DNA from: Patescibacteria group bacterium
GTDB lineage: Bacteria; Patescibacteriota; Patescibacteriia; UBA10025; JAHIVO01
Length of the DNA stretch: 64,000 nt
Assembly (NCBI GenBank): GCA_028718605.1
Contig: JAQULM010000001.1
Span: 263,422 to 327,421, forward strand
Direction: 5' to 3'
Shown here: positions 46,378-57,252 of the stretch, one piece after another
Position numbering within the stretch: position 1 is the stretch's first letter
Layout of the letters: each line of letters begins with the position of its first letter
The notes under the pieces: generated by a model
Told to the model about the DNA's origin: nothing
Databases searched by the model: none
The model's input: the letters and a program-made list of their open reading frames with translations, nothing else
Position numbers and translations under genes: made by a program

Positions 46378-47007
46378 TTATGCAGTATACATTTTGATCA
46401 TCACGGCTAAACTCTGCTCAAGCACGACGAGATAGTCGTGCCGTAAAACATCATATACGTTCAAGCTGTCGGCGCTTATCAGATATACAGATGGAATATT
46501 TCTTGCAGATTTGATTATCACCGAGTCGTTCTTGGGTATCACCAGGAGTGCCGTTCGCTTAATAGGCAACTTATTCAGTATCGCCTGGAGGGCGCTTGTT
46601 TTAATCTTGGGGAGGGACAGTTTATCAAGCACGATGATGCGTTTCCGGGCGGCTTTATCAGAAAGGCTCATCAGGAGGGCTGTCCGGCGCGCTTTTTTGT
46701 TAACCTTCATTGAAAAATTTCTCTCGTTGCTAGGGCCGAATGTCACGCCACCGCCTTTCCAGAGCGGCGAACGGATGGACCCGTGCCGGGCACGGCCAGT
46801 ACCTTTCTGCCGCCACGGCTTCTTGCCGCCGCCACGCACCTCTGATCTATCTTTCGCGTGGGCGATCGGCTGCCGGCGATTTGCGAGCTGTGCCTTCACG
46901 ACCTGCTGAACCACGACCGGCCGAACGGGAACATCAAAAAGTTTCGGCTCAAGTGTAATTTCTCGAATTTTTTTCCCGTCTTGGCTGTAGAGTGCCGCGT
47001 TGCTCAT
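46378..47007 (-). CDS. rplD: 50S ribosomal protein L4
   Basis: uL4 pattern. 209 aa. Confidence 0.9.
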   Translation of the reverse strand: MSNAALYSQDGKKIREITLEPKLFDVPVRPVVVQQVVKAQLANRRQPIAHAKDRSEVRGGGKKPWRQKGTGRARHGSIRSPLWKGGGVTFGPSNERNFSMKVNKKARRTALLMSLSDKAARKRIIVLDKLSLPKIKTSALQAILNKLPIKRTALLVIPKNDSVIIKSARNIPSVYLISADSLNVYDVLRHDYLVVLEQSLAVMIKMYTA

Positions 47008-47012
47008 ATAAT

Positions 47013-47753
47013 TTATTTCGTCTGCGCGTTTTTGATTTTCTTCGCGCCAGTTTCAACTGCCGGTTCGGATGCCGCTGGTTTGGCGTCTGGGGTAGGTTCA
47101 ACTTCTGAAGTTGGTTTCTCCGCCTCCTGAACCGTTGGCTTCATTTCGCCATCGCCCGAGATAAGTAAAATCCCGTTCCGCGCTCCCGGAACTGCACCCT
47201 TGACATAGAGTAAATTCCGTTCAGCATCAATTTCGATAACCTCAAGATCTTTCACGGTGATACGTTCGTCGCCCATCTGTCCTGCCATATGCCGCCCTTT
47301 TCGGACGCGCTGGTTGTCCGTCGCGCCGATTGAACCAGGCATGCGGTGCTGGTCCTTATCCCCGTGCGTCGCGGGACCCCCATGGAATCCATGCCGTCGC
47401 ACGACGCCCTGGAACCCTTTACCTTTGCTGGTACCAACAACGGTAACACGGTCTCCAACCGCAAACCCTTGTACTGTGATACTATCCTTCTGCTTTAAGG
47501 TAACGGGCGCGGCAAGCCGGAACTCGCGTAATGTTCTGAAGTCTCCGATACCTTTCAAATGCCCCTTCATCGGTTTCGTGAGCTTTTTCTTCAGCCCGAA
47601 GCCTATTTGAACTCCATCGTATCCGTCTTTCTTCACATTTTTCACCTGCGTTACCGTGCATGGGCCAGCCTGAAGAATTGTAACCGGAACCGACCGTCCA
47701 TCTTCCCGAAACCGTTCTGTCATCTCAACTTTTTTACCTATAATGAATTTCAT
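47013..47753 (-). CDS. rplC: 50S ribosomal protein L3 with an extended C-terminus
   Basis: uL3 pattern (VTVVGTSKGKGFQGVVRRHGF). Confidence 0.9.
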   Translation of the reverse strand: MKFIIGKKVEMTERFREDGRSVPVTILQAGPCTVTQVKNVKKDGYDGVQIGFGLKKKLTKPMKGHLKGIGDFRTLREFRLAAPVTLKQKDSITVQGFAVGDRVTVVGTSKGKGFQGVVRRHGFHGGPATHGDKDQHRMPGSIGATDNQRVRKGRHMAGQMGDERITVKDLEVIEIDAERNLLYVKGAVPGARNGILLISGDGEMKPTVQEAEKPTSEVEPTPDAKPAASEPAVETGAKKIKNAQTK

Positions 47754-47962
47754 TCGATCGCTTTTCAGATTGCTAATAAAAAACTGGCGTATCGGACTGC
47801 CAGATTGCTCGCCATACTGGTACTCAGGGCACCGGTCGGCTTGCCTGGCAAATTGTTATCTAGGGATTACCAGCACACTATATGAATTGTCATCCCCAGA
47901 ACCTATTTACCCCTATATTTGGTGGTATCGCAATTGCGTACTGCCCCAATGGACTGATACTC

Positions 47963-48370
47963 CTACATTTTCACTTCGATGTCAACACCCGCTGGCAGAT
48001 TCAGGCTCATCATGGCATCAATCGTTTTTGGAGTCGGGTCGTAGATATCGATCAGCCGCTTATGAATCCGCACCTCGTACTGTTCCCGCGCATCCTTGTG
48101 CACAAAAGTTGACCGGTTGACGGTATACTTTTTTTTCTCCGTCGGGAGCGGAATCGGCCCCTTGGTCTTCGCGCCGGTGCGTGCGGCAGTTTCAAGAATT
48201 GTACGGGTTGACTGGTCAATTATCTTGTGGTCATACGCCCGTATTCGAATGCGCACGCGCTGGTGCAGTTCTTCTCCGCCCTCTGCTACTTCCCCTTGTG
48301 CGGTACCGCCAGCAGGTTGCTTATGTGCAGTATTCACCATAACTCTATCGTCTGTTGAATTGGTTTTCAA
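47963..48370 (-). CDS. rpsJ: 30S ribosomal protein S10 (with an N-terminal extension, or an internal start)
   Basis: [14 protein letters not shown] ... matches uS10. The true start may be the internal Met. Confidence 0.9.
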   Translation of the reverse strand: MKTNSTDDRVMVNTAHKQPAGGTAQGEVAEGGEELHQRVRIRIRAYDHKIIDQSTRTILETAARTGAKTKGPIPLPTEKKKYTVNRSTFVHKDAREQYEVRIHKRLIDIYDPTPKTIDAMMSLNLPAGVDIEVKM

Positions 48371-48439
48371 AACTTCTCAATGTCGTTCTCATAAGAAGAT
48401 TCCAGATCAATCTCTGGAATCTTCTCGGTGATCAATGGT

Positions 48440-49624
48440 TTATTTGAAAATTTTCGTAACAACGCCTGCGCCCACCGTCTTGCCGCCCTCGCGGATTGCA
48501 AACCGCTGCTGCTCTTCAAGCGCGACAGGCACAATGAGCTTAACTTTCAGCTTCACGGTATCGCCCGGCATGACCATCTCAGTGCCCTGTGGAAGCTCAA
48601 CCTCACCTGTCACATCCGTTGTGCGGATGTAGAACTGCGGCTTGTACCCCTTAAAGAATGGGGTATGGCGCCCGCCTTCTTCCTTTGTCAGGATATACAC
48701 CTCGACTTCAAACTCGGTATGCGGCGTGACTGATCCCGGTTTCGCGAGCACCTGGCCGCGCTCAACATCCTCTTTCTTGACGCCGCGGAGAAGCAGGCCG
48801 GCATTATCGCCTGCTCGACCTTCGTCGAGCTGCTTATTGAACATTTCGATCCCAGTGACAACAGTCTTGAACGTATCCTTCATGCCGACGATTTCAACTT
48901 CTTCGTTTAATTTCACGGTACCACGTTCAATTTTACCCGTTACCACAGTTCCCCGCCCTTCAATGGAGAAAATGTCTTCGACGGGCATTAAAAACGGCTT
49001 ATCGACTTCCCGCTTTGGCTCTGGGAAATATTCATCAGCGGATTTCATCAGTTCCATGATCGCTTCTTTCGCTTTTTCATCGCCTTCCAGGGCTTTCAAG
49101 GCAGAACCCTTGATAATGGGGGTCGTATCGCCAGGATATTCGTATTTCTTCAGAAGATCGCGTACTTCAACCTCAACAAGATCAATGAGCTCCTTGTCAT
49201 CAACCATGTCAACCTTATTCAGGAAAACGACAATCCGCGGAACTCCAACCTGATACGCCAGGAGGATGTGTTCACGCGTTTGTGGCATCGGGCCATCAGC
49301 CGCGGACACTACAAGTATGGCGCCGTCCATCTGGGCTGCACCGGTAATCATATTCTTTACATAATCGGCGTGCCCAGGGCAGTCAATGTGCGCGTAGTGG
49401 CGTTTTTCGGTCTCATACTCCACGTGCGCTGTGGCGATCGTGATGCCACGCTCCTTTTCCTCGGGGGCATTATCGATCTGGTCGACTGACTTCTGCTGCG
49501 CTGCGAAACCCTTTTCGCCGAGCACCTTCAATATTGCCGCGGTTAGGGTAGTTTTACCATGATCAACGTGACCAATGGTACCGATGTTTAGATGTGGCTT
49601 TGTTCGTTCAAACTTAGCAACCAT
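48440..49624 (-). CDS. tuf: Elongation factor Tu
   Basis: [15 protein letters not shown] and NKVD motifs. 394 aa. Confidence 0.98.
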   Translation of the reverse strand: MVAKFERTKPHLNIGTIGHVDHGKTTLTAAILKVLGEKGFAAQQKSVDQIDNAPEEKERGITIATAHVEYETEKRHYAHIDCPGHADYVKNMITGAAQMDGAILVVSAADGPMPQTREHILLAYQVGVPRIVVFLNKVDMVDDKELIDLVEVEVRDLLKKYEYPGDTTPIIKGSALKALEGDEKAKEAIMELMKSADEYFPEPKREVDKPFLMPVEDIFSIEGRGTVVTGKIERGTVKLNEEVEIVGMKDTFKTVVTGIEMFNKQLDEGRAGDNAGLLLRGVKKEDVERGQVLAKPGSVTPHTEFEVEVYILTKEEGGRHTPFFKGYKPQFYIRTTDVTGEVELPQGTEMVMPGDTVKLKVKLIVPVALEEQQRFAIREGGKTVGAGVVTKIFK

Positions 49625-49880
49625 AGTGGTTATCTTCAGATTACTTAGTTATTAGAAAAAATCGTTAATTACAGGGTAATGAATTTTGACCGTAGTTGTC
49701 AATATATCCTCTGCTATGCAAAGGTAGTGTGCATTATAACAATACTGGTACTTTTCCGCAAGATTTATAATCGATTCTGTTAAATCCCGCGCTCCTTCGT
49801 ATGAATATTTTAGCTAATTTTAGCTAAAAGTAAGATTTTAATAATTCATTTTCTCACTTATCCCCAAAAATGTGGATAGA

Positions 49881-50426
49881 CTACAGTATTTCAAAGGAAT
49901 CGACGAGTGTTTCGAGACATGTTCCCTGTCCCGACAAGCTATATGTTCTCCCCCCGCGGTTCAAGAGATAGAGACGTAATGGGGCATCTCCTCCCGCAAC
50001 AGTTCCTTCGATCATGATCCCGTCAACACCATCAATCTGTATGGGTGTTTCACGCAGTGCGCTGATTGATTGCCGCAGTTGAGCTGCCTTGCTTTCTTCA
50101 GTAACACGTATCGCCACGGTACCGCATGCATTTGAAAAAACTGTCGCTGGAATGTTTATACTGTCAGTGCCGGCATCTTGTCGGTCAATATCCCACTCAA
50201 TGCTCCGCCGCACCACGAATCCCTGCTCATGATCAGTGTACACGCCCCGTTCTTCAGGAATAGCTGACAGGGCCGAACTTCTCGAAACCATGACGGGTCC
50301 ATGGTCAGTGCCGTCATCACGTGACGTCAGCCAGAGGTAGTATACCGTCATCAGCATACTGACAACGAGAAGCAGAACGATACCACTCACGGCCTGCACC
50401 TTTTTTGTAGAACCGCCTTGGAACAT
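49881..50426 (-). CDS. Membrane-anchored hypothetical protein between fusA and tuf
   Basis: 181 aa with an N-terminal TM. Confidence 0.4.
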   Translation of the reverse strand: MFQGGSTKKVQAVSGIVLLLVVSMLMTVYYLWLTSRDDGTDHGPVMVSRSSALSAIPEERGVYTDHEQGFVVRRSIEWDIDRQDAGTDSINIPATVFSNACGTVAIRVTEESKAAQLRQSISALRETPIQIDGVDGIMIEGTVAGGDAPLRLYLLNRGGRTYSLSGQGTCLETLVDSFEIL

Positions 50427-50444
50427 AGGACAGTCGGCGTGCTC

Positions 50445-52532
50445 TTACTTCTTTTTGTCGGTACCCTTCGGATTTAATATCTGTTCGGCAGCGTTCCTGG
50501 GCACCTCTTGGTATTTCGAGAATTCCATAGAATATGAAGCGCGTCCCTGTGACATGGATCTCAATTGGGTCGCGTATCCGAACATTTCCGCTAGGGGGAC
50601 TTCTGCATCGATTATCTTCATTATACCACGGTCCCGCATCTCGTTGATCGTTGCCCTCTTGGCATTCAAATCGCCGATGACGTCTCCCATATAATCTTCT
50701 GGGGTTACAGCCTCAACTTTCATGATCGGCTCAAGCAATATTGGATTTGCCCGGCGAACCGCTTCTTGCAATGCCAGCGATCCCGCAATTTTAAACGCTG
50801 CTTCGGATGAGTCAACGTCATGGTAGGATCCGTCCAATACGGTGAGTTTCAAATCAACGACTGGGTAATGGGCGAGGACACCGCGATCCATCGCTTCTTT
50901 CGCGCCTTTCTCTATCGGCGGTATGTACTCCTGCGGAATATTGCCGCCTTTCACGGCATTCTCAAACTCAAAACCCTTGCCGCGCTCGAGCGGCTCAACC
51001 CGGACAATGCAATGGCCATACTGCCCGCGGCCGCCAGACTGGCGGATGTATTTGCCTTCTGCTTCTGCGGTTTTCTTGATGGTTTCCTTGTAAGCTACTT
51101 GCGGCCGGCCGACATTTGCCTCAACTTTAAACTCACGCTTCATGCGATCGACAAGCACTTCCAAATGGAGTTCGCCCATGCCTGAAATAATGGTCTGATT
51201 GATCTCTTCGTCTGTTTTTACGCGGAACGTCGGGTCTTCACCGGAAAGCTTCGAAAGCGCCATGCCCATCCGCTCTTGGTCGACTTTCGTCTTTGGCTCG
51301 ATTGCGACCGAAATAACAGGTTCGGGGAAAGAAATCGATTCAAGGATGATCGGATGCAGCTCGTCGCTCAACGTATCACCCGTCGTCGTATCCTTAAGGC
51401 CGACAGCAGCGGCGATATCGCCAGCCGAAACTTCAGTCACGTCTTCACGATGGTTTGCGTGCATCCGGAGGATGCGGCCAATCCGCTCCTTGGTCCTCGT
51501 CCGTGCATTCAGAACATACGACCCTGCCTGCAACTTGCCGGAATATACGCGAAAAAAAGTCAGCGTACCGACAAATGGGTCAGTGGCAACTTTAAACGCC
51601 AGTGCAGCGAATGGTTCGCTGTCCGATGTTTTGCGCTCTTCAGTCTGCTGTGTCTTTGGATTCTCCCCCTTGACTGGCGGTACGTCGAGCGGTGACGGAA
51701 GATAATCAACAACAGCATCAAGCAAGAACTGGACACCCTTATTCTTCAAGGCTGAACCGACAAAAATCGGCATAATAGTCCGCTCGATAGTCGCTTTGCG
51801 GAGCACGCGCTTCAACTCATCAATCGAAATTTCCTGGCCTTCGAGGTACTTGTGCAATAATGCGTCATCCTGCTCGGCAATTTTTTCGATCAACGCACTC
51901 CGGTATTCTTCAACTTTTTCCTTCATGTCTTCCGGTACGGTTTCATCCTTCCACTCCTTGCCCATATCATCTATATAAATCCGCGCTTTGCGCTCAAAAA
52001 GGTCGATGATGCCTGTAAAATTGCTTTCTGCACCAATCGGAAGCTGTACCGGCACGGCATTCGGATTAAGGCGGCTTTTGATCGCCTCAACGTCAGCATA
52101 AAAATCAGCGCCCATCCGGTCCATTTTGTTGACGAAACCCATCAAGGGAACGCCAAATTTTTCTGCTTGGTGGAAGACGGTTTCTGATTGGGGCTCAACG
52201 CCAGCCACACCGTCAAAAACAATAAAACCGCCGTCAAGCACACGCAAACTGCGCTGCACCTCAACGGTAAAATCTATATGCCCTGGCGTATCAATAATAT
52301 TAATGCGATGTTCTTTCCAAAAACAGGTAGTGGCGGCGGAAGTTATTGTAATGCCGCGCTCTTTCTCCTGCTCCATCCAGTCCATTTCAGCTCCACCCTC
52401 ATGAACTTCGCCGATCTTGTGTTTCTTGCCAGTGTAGTACAGGATGCGCTCGGATACGGTTGTTTTACCCGCATCGATGTGGGCGATAATCCCAATATTT
52501 CTTGTTTTTCTTAGGTCAAACTCTGATGGCAT
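50445..52532 (-). CDS. fusA: Elongation factor G
   Basis: AHIDAGKTT and the 5-domain EF-G layout. 695 aa. Confidence 0.98.
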   Translation of the reverse strand: MPSEFDLRKTRNIGIIAHIDAGKTTVSERILYYTGKKHKIGEVHEGGAEMDWMEQEKERGITITSAATTCFWKEHRINIIDTPGHIDFTVEVQRSLRVLDGGFIVFDGVAGVEPQSETVFHQAEKFGVPLMGFVNKMDRMGADFYADVEAIKSRLNPNAVPVQLPIGAESNFTGIIDLFERKARIYIDDMGKEWKDETVPEDMKEKVEEYRSALIEKIAEQDDALLHKYLEGQEISIDELKRVLRKATIERTIMPIFVGSALKNKGVQFLLDAVVDYLPSPLDVPPVKGENPKTQQTEERKTSDSEPFAALAFKVATDPFVGTLTFFRVYSGKLQAGSYVLNARTRTKERIGRILRMHANHREDVTEVSAGDIAAAVGLKDTTTGDTLSDELHPIILESISFPEPVISVAIEPKTKVDQERMGMALSKLSGEDPTFRVKTDEEINQTIISGMGELHLEVLVDRMKREFKVEANVGRPQVAYKETIKKTAEAEGKYIRQSGGRGQYGHCIVRVEPLERGKGFEFENAVKGGNIPQEYIPPIEKGAKEAMDRGVLAHYPVVDLKLTVLDGSYHDVDSSEAAFKIAGSLALQEAVRRANPILLEPIMKVEAVTPEDYMGDVIGDLNAKRATINEMRDRGIMKIIDAEVPLAEMFGYATQLRSMSQGRASYSMEFSKYQEVPRNAAEQILNPKGTDKKK

Positions 52533-52669
52533 GGTTTCTTGATGAGTTATTAGTAATTTGTAATCGGTAACCGGGAATTAATTCAATACGATTACACTGT
52601 TTATTCATTGCGGATCGCCTATTGCCCCCTTACGCGAAGTGGGCAAAGGCGCGGCCTGCCCGCCGGAGC

Positions 52670-53134
52670 TTAAGCAAAATGCGCGAAGGCGCGGTTTGCT
52701 TCCGCCATCCGATGCACATCATCGCGCTTTTTGATCGCCTCCCCCTGCTTGTCGGCAGCGTCCATTAATTCCTGCGCTAATTTTTCGGCCATCGGTTTCC
52801 CCTTGCGATGCCGCGAGGCACCGATGATCCATCGCATTGCGAGCGCAAGCTTGCGATCGCCTTTTACTTCGACGGGAACCTGGTAATTCGCACCGCCGAT
52901 GCGGCGGGATTTTACTTCGAGAAGCGGAGAAACATTCCTGATCGCCGCCGTGAATACGTCCAAGGGCGGTTTTTTCTTCTTTTCCGCGATGATATCAAAT
53001 GCGCCATAAACAACGCGCTGCGCGGTTGTCTTCTTGCCGCGGCTCATGATTTGGTTCATAAACCTTCCGAGTACTTCATCCCCAAACCTTGGATCAGCGG
53101 CGATGGTACGGCGTGGTGCTTGTTTGCCTCTCAT
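52670..53134 (-). CDS. rpsG: 30S ribosomal protein S7
   Basis: uS7 pattern. 154 aa. Confidence 0.95.
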   Translation of the reverse strand: MRGKQAPRRTIAADPRFGDEVLGRFMNQIMSRGKKTTAQRVVYGAFDIIAEKKKKPPLDVFTAAIRNVSPLLEVKSRRIGGANYQVPVEVKGDRKLALAMRWIIGASRHRKGKPMAEKLAQELMDAADKQGEAIKKRDDVHRMAEANRAFAHFA

Positions 53135-53137
53135 ATG

Positions 53138-53557
53138 TTATTTCTTTTCTTGTTTAGCTCCATAAAGACTCCTCCCCTGCTTCCGATCCGCAACCCCCTG
53201 CGTGTCGTATACGCCCCGTATGATATGGTACCGCACACCGGGCAAATCTTTGACACGTCCGCCCCGAATCAGGACAATCGAGTGCTCCTGGAGATTGTGG
53301 CCAATGCCGGGGATGTATGCTGTAACTTCCATGCCGTTTGACAGGCGGACACGCGCAATCTTGCGCAGTGCCGAGTTCGGCTTTTTGGGGGTAACTGTCG
53401 TGACCTTGACGCACACGCCCCGCTTAAACGGCGATCCTTTCGCTAAAATGGTACGCTGGCGTTTGATGGTATCAAGTACCGGGCGGAGGGCCGGGGTTTT
53501 TGACTTCGTTTTTGAAAACCTTCGCGGTTTACGGGCTAACTGGTTGATTGTTGGCAT
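53138..53557 (-). CDS. rpsL: 30S ribosomal protein S12
   Basis: MPTINQL ... [10 protein letters not shown] motifs. Confidence 0.98.
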   Translation of the reverse strand: MPTINQLARKPRRFSKTKSKTPALRPVLDTIKRQRTILAKGSPFKRGVCVKVTTVTPKKPNSALRKIARVRLSNGMEVTAYIPGIGHNLQEHSIVLIRGGRVKDLPGVRYHIIRGVYDTQGVADRKQGRSLYGAKQEKK

Positions 53558-53653
53558 ACATGGCTTGTGTTTAAAGGGTATAATGAAATAAATTCCCTAG
53601 AAAAATTACGAAAATAAAAAAGTATCATATGACGATACCCGAGTTCTTGCACA

Positions 53654-53682
53654 ATCGTACCATGGCCTTTTTATACTGTCAA
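53654..53682 (-). promoter_or_regulatory. Sigma70-like promoter of the rpsL-rpsG-fusA operon
   Basis: On the minus strand, TTGACA-17 nt-TACGAT, about 100 nt upstream of rpsL. Confidence 0.5.
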
Positions 53683-53699
53683 ATGCGGCCTCAACCATT

Positions 53700-54347
53700 T
53701 TAAAAAAAGAGCGGTACGCCAAACGCATTGCTCACGAGGCGGATCACGGGCTGGATAACATAGCCAAAAACATTGATTCCGGCAATCATCGACATAAAAA
53801 TAAACGCCAGGAGGATCATTGGGCCAGAGCGGTTAAGCATGTCTGAAATATGCGAGAACCGGCTGCCGAGCACCGCGCGCAGGATGTGAGAACCGTCAAG
53901 CGGGGGCAGGGGAATCAAATTGAAAATCATCAGTACACAATTGAACGTGACGAGTACGGCTAAAAAAATCACCAGGTAATTTGTAATAGCAAAAATCGGT
54001 AGCACCAGTTTCAGTAAAAGGCCGAAAAGTATAATTAACAGAAAATTTGAAAAAGGCCCCGCAAGCGCAACCAACGCCGGTCCGTACCGCTGCGTCCGTA
54101 AATTATACGGATTAAACGGCGCCGGCTTCCCCCAGCCAAATCCGACCAGCAGTATCGCGATCGTCCCCCATGTATCGAGGTGCGCCAGGGGGTTCAACGT
54201 CAGCCTCCCAGCGTATTCACCGGTACGATCGCCGAGAAGGCGGGCTGCGAGCACATGGGAAAACTCATGGATCGTAATAGAAATGACGAGCGCAATTAAA
54301 ATAGCGAAAAAAAGCAATGGTTCCTGGAATAACAGCTGAATGATCAT
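53700..54347 (-). CDS. Site-2 protease family (peptidase M50) intramembrane metalloprotease
   Basis: HEFSH (HExxH) in the first TM. Multi-TM. Start set at internal ATG 54347, because the longer track ORF (to 54485) would overlap the conserved rpmB on the other strand. Confidence 0.7.
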   Translation of the reverse strand: MIIQLLFQEPLLFFAILIALVISITIHEFSHVLAARLLGDRTGEYAGRLTLNPLAHLDTWGTIAILLVGFGWGKPAPFNPYNLRTQRYGPALVALAGPFSNFLLIILFGLLLKLVLPIFAITNYLVIFLAVLVTFNCVLMIFNLIPLPPLDGSHILRAVLGSRFSHISDMLNRSGPMILLAFIFMSMIAGINVFGYVIQPVIRLVSNAFGVPLFF

Positions 54348-54417
54348 AAGCTCTTGAAATGAAATAAAACGTATGGTACCGTTAAGTATACCAATATAAA
54401 TAATAATGGCAACGAGA

Positions 54418-54597
54418 ATGGCACGAACGTGTGATATATGCGGACGCGGTGCGCTCAACGCGAACAGCCGGAGCCACTCAAACATCCCGACAAAACGGCG
54501 GCAGCATTTAAACTTGCAACAAACCGCCTATAAGGGAAAAAGAGTAAAGGCCTGCGCGAGGTGCATCAAAAGCATGACGAAAAAGGGCACTAAGTAG
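54418..54597 (+). CDS. rpmB: 50S ribosomal protein L28
   Basis: MARTCDICGRGALNANSRSHSNIPTKRRQHLNLQQ ... KRVKACARCIKS matches the bL28 consensus (MARxCxITGK ... GNNxSHAxNxTKRRFxPNLQ ... RVxxRxLKSG). Terminator follows. Confidence 0.75.
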   Translation: MARTCDICGRGALNANSRSHSNIPTKRRQHLNLQQTAYKGKRVKACARCIKSMTKKGTK

Positions 54598-54633
54598 GAA
54601 GCTGCCGGTTGCACGCTGCGGTTATGAGCCTCT

Positions 54634-54661
54634 GTTTCCAAAAGGAAACGCGGTTTTTTTA
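54634..54661 (+). terminator. Bidirectional rho-independent terminator between rpmB and the convergent membrane-protein gene
   Basis: GTTTCC-AAAA-GGAAAC then GCGG TTTTTTT. Confidence 0.55.
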
Positions 54662-55480
54662 TTATGCGCGCGCCTGACCAGACCGCAGCTGGCGCCTGCG
54701 GGCAATGTATGAACCTATGTATACGGCGAAAAAAATTGGCGTCATGACGACCATGAACGGAACGATGAATCCCGATTCCGGGACAAGCAGCCCGGTAATC
54801 AGCAGTGCGCACCCCTGCGCGAGCAAATGGACAATGGCGGATGATCCATTAAAATCCCGCAGAAGAACGAGTGTAAAAAGTGTCATGAACATAAAATCCC
54901 CCACCCCCAAGCTGATGACGCCCACAGTAACAGCTGGGTACAGGAACGTCGGCTGCGGCGCCGCAGTTGCGGTGGTCACGGCAGGGAGGACATGGCTTAC
55001 GAGAAAAAAATCATACGGAATCCAGAGTGCTGCGAGAATAAATAAGTAGATGGACTTAAGGTATTTCAGGCGAACCAGCAATGTTGCCGCACCGAGCGTT
55101 GCGATAATGATGACCCCATTTTGGATAAAAAAGTTTGGCGAGCGGATGAACCAATAAAACACCCCCACGGTTACAACAAGGCTTAATGAGACCGCAAAAA
55201 TATTCCGCTGCAGCCAGCGCATGAAAAAAAGAAACGCCGATTCAAAAAACAGCAACGCGAAAACAAGCTCCGCAATGTGTCGAATCCGCTGGACACCATC
55301 GTATGTCGCAATGATGTACCAGATAGTTGCCCCAAGGACTGCTGTTAATACCACGGCCTCCACGCTCGGTTTATTGGGCAGGCGCTGAGCGAGCACTTCT
55401 CGCGGCGGTACCGCACAGTAGTAAACAACCGATAGCAAGCCGCACCCGACGAACAGGATAGCTAAATAAATAAAGTCCAT
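54662..55480 (-). CDS. Polytopic membrane protein with presenilin/SPP-like YD and GxGD motifs (putative intramembrane aspartyl protease)
   Basis: LWIPYDFFLVS and ISLGVGDFMFMTLF spaced about 48 aa apart in consecutive TMs. No clear PAL motif. Start at ATG 55480; the track ORF begins at TTG 55504. Confidence 0.4.
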   Translation of the reverse strand: MDFIYLAILFVGCGLLSVVYYCAVPPREVLAQRLPNKPSVEAVVLTAVLGATIWYIIATYDGVQRIRHIAELVFALLFFESAFLFFMRWLQRNIFAVSLSLVVTVGVFYWFIRSPNFFIQNGVIIIATLGAATLLVRLKYLKSIYLFILAALWIPYDFFLVSHVLPAVTTATAAPQPTFLYPAVTVGVISLGVGDFMFMTLFTLVLLRDFNGSSAIVHLLAQGCALLITGLLVPESGFIVPFMVVMTPIFFAVYIGSYIARRRQLRSGQARA

Positions 55481-55484
55481 ATAT

Positions 55485-56561
55485 TTATTTTTTGCCACGA
55501 TCAACCGCTGGCAACCGTTTCTTCAGGGCATCGACGAGCTCTGTGAGCGCTCGGGCCGTGCGTAGCGGCAAACCGATAGCCTGTAACGCACGTTGAGCCT
55601 CGGCATAGTAACGACGCGCGAGGGTGTACGCACGCCGGTGTCCTCCGCTCTGGATTATGAGCTCTTTTAGAAGGCGCACGTCTCGATTGCTTCTCTGCTT
55701 CTGCCGTAACAGGCGGAGGATGCGAGAACGATACCTGGGATTTTGAAGTGCAAACGAGATAAGCAAGGTAACTTTGCCGGTACGGACATCCGAGAGCTTT
55801 GCGGCATCGCGCGATCCGAAAACGTTCTGGATGTCATCGGTCAGCTGGAAAGCGAGGCCGAGGTTCCGCGCAAAAGCACGGAAAGAAGCAAGCGCGACAG
55901 TTGAGCCTGACGCCTGAACACCCAGAAGAAATGGCGCTTCAATCGTATAGAGGGCTGTTTTCAGTATGTACCGATACGTCTGCCCTGCAATTGTTGGCGG
56001 GCGGTGCGGTACGGCAAGGATATCAAGCATCTGGCCAAGGTACGTTGTTCGGAGGACACTCGCGAGGTACTCGAGCGCTTTGTGTTTCCTCTGCAACGGG
56101 AGAGACGTCTTGAAAATGAGCCGCTGAGCCAAGTCTGCCGCAAGGTCGCCGCCGATAATCGCACAATCAATACCGATTTTTTTCCGGCCCCGCGGATCCA
56201 TCCCTGCGGGCGCGAACGACTCGAGGTAAGAATGAAGCGTGGGTTTCCCGCGCCGGACCGTATCACCATCAATGATATCATCATGGATCAATAAGTATGA
56301 GTGGAGGACTTCGTACGCCGACGCAAGGTACAGCGCATCGCGGTCAATCCGCTTTCCGCCGCATGTATACCCATACAATACGAGCAAGCCGCGCGAACGT
56401 TCTGCGCCCGGCCGAAGGGTAAAGTTGGCAATGGCGCGGATGAGTGCGCGATCAAGCGGATGGCGAGACCGTGGCTTGATAGCTTCTGACCGAAAATAAG
56501 ACCGCAGGGTTGCCGTAATAAGGTTCCGCAATTGAACTGCAGACAATTCACTTCTCTTCAT
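55485..56561 (-). CDS. trans-Polyprenyl diphosphate synthase (isoprenyl diphosphate synthase family)
   Basis: LLIHDDIIDGD (first DDxxD) and FQLTDDIQN (second Asp-rich motif). Confidence 0.85.
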   Translation of the reverse strand: MKRSELSAVQLRNLITATLRSYFRSEAIKPRSRHPLDRALIRAIANFTLRPGAERSRGLLVLYGYTCGGKRIDRDALYLASAYEVLHSYLLIHDDIIDGDTVRRGKPTLHSYLESFAPAGMDPRGRKKIGIDCAIIGGDLAADLAQRLIFKTSLPLQRKHKALEYLASVLRTTYLGQMLDILAVPHRPPTIAGQTYRYILKTALYTIEAPFLLGVQASGSTVALASFRAFARNLGLAFQLTDDIQNVFGSRDAAKLSDVRTGKVTLLISFALQNPRYRSRILRLLRQKQRSNRDVRLLKELIIQSGGHRRAYTLARRYYAEAQRALQAIGLPLRTARALTELVDALKKRLPAVDRGKK

Positions 56562-56562
56562 G

Positions 56563-57252
56563 CTACGCACCAAAGTTACGTTTCCTTTTTAAATACTCAT
56601 CGACGGCACGGTCAAAGTCTTGCTCTGTAAAGTCTGGCCAAAGCGTCGGCGTGAAATAGTACTCGGCGTATGCGGATTGCCACGGCATGAATCCCGATGT
56701 GCGAACCTCGCCTGATGTCCGAATTACGAGATCAGGATCAGGAAGCTGCCGGGTATAGAGACGTTCGCTTACCATATGCTCATCGATATCTTCCGGTTTG
56801 ATGCCCTCGGACGCAATCTGCCGTAGAGCGTCTACCAATTCCATCCGGCCTCCGTAGTTCAGGGCGATAGTGCAAAGGCCACCCGTGTTTTGTGCCGAGG
56901 TCTCTACTGTTTTTTTAATGAGGCGCTGGATATCCTCCGGAAACTCACCGATCCGTCCGATAACATGAAACCGAATTCCTCGGTCGATATATTTCTGAAT
57001 TTCCTTGTCGAGTGCGAACCGTAAAATACTTATCAGCGCCGCCACTTCCCTTTCCGGGCGTTTCCAATTTTCAGTTGAGAATGCCCAGACGGTCAGCACG
57101 GGAATGCCACTATGGAAGCAGTGCTCGGTGATCCTCTTGAAGGCGCTATACCCCGCCCAATGCCCCTCGATCGGGTCTTTCCCTCGCTCACGCGCCCATC
57201 GGCGGTTGCCGTCCATAATTATCGCTACATGGTGTGGCTTTTTTTGGTGCAT
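56563..57252 (-). CDS. uppS: Undecaprenyl diphosphate synthase (cis-prenyltransferase)
   Basis: HVAIIMDGNRRWA motif. 229 aa. Confidence 0.9.
   Translation of the reverse strand: MHQKKPHHVAIIMDGNRRWARERGKDPIEGHWAGYSAFKRITEHCFHSGIPVLTVWAFSTENWKRPEREVAALISILRFALDKEIQKYIDRGIRFHVIGRIGEFPEDIQRLIKKTVETSAQNTGGLCTIALNYGGRMELVDALRQIASEGIKPEDIDEHMVSERLYTRQLPDPDLVIRTSGEVRTSGFMPWQSAYAEYYFTPTLWPDFTEQDFDRAVDEYLKRKRNFGA

Noticed and set aside
49806-49827. Tandem 10-nt repeat (TTTTAGCTAA x2) in the 256-bp AT-rich tuf upstream region
   Set aside because: Only two copies and no further array structure, so most likely part of the tuf promoter/UTR. No tRNA genes found here, despite this being a common tRNA site in other bacteria.
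54348-54485. Long form of the M50 protease ORF starting at 54485
   Set aside because: It would overlap the conserved + strand rpmB (L28). M50 proteins of this size normally begin about 20 aa before HExxH, so the start at 54347 was preferred.
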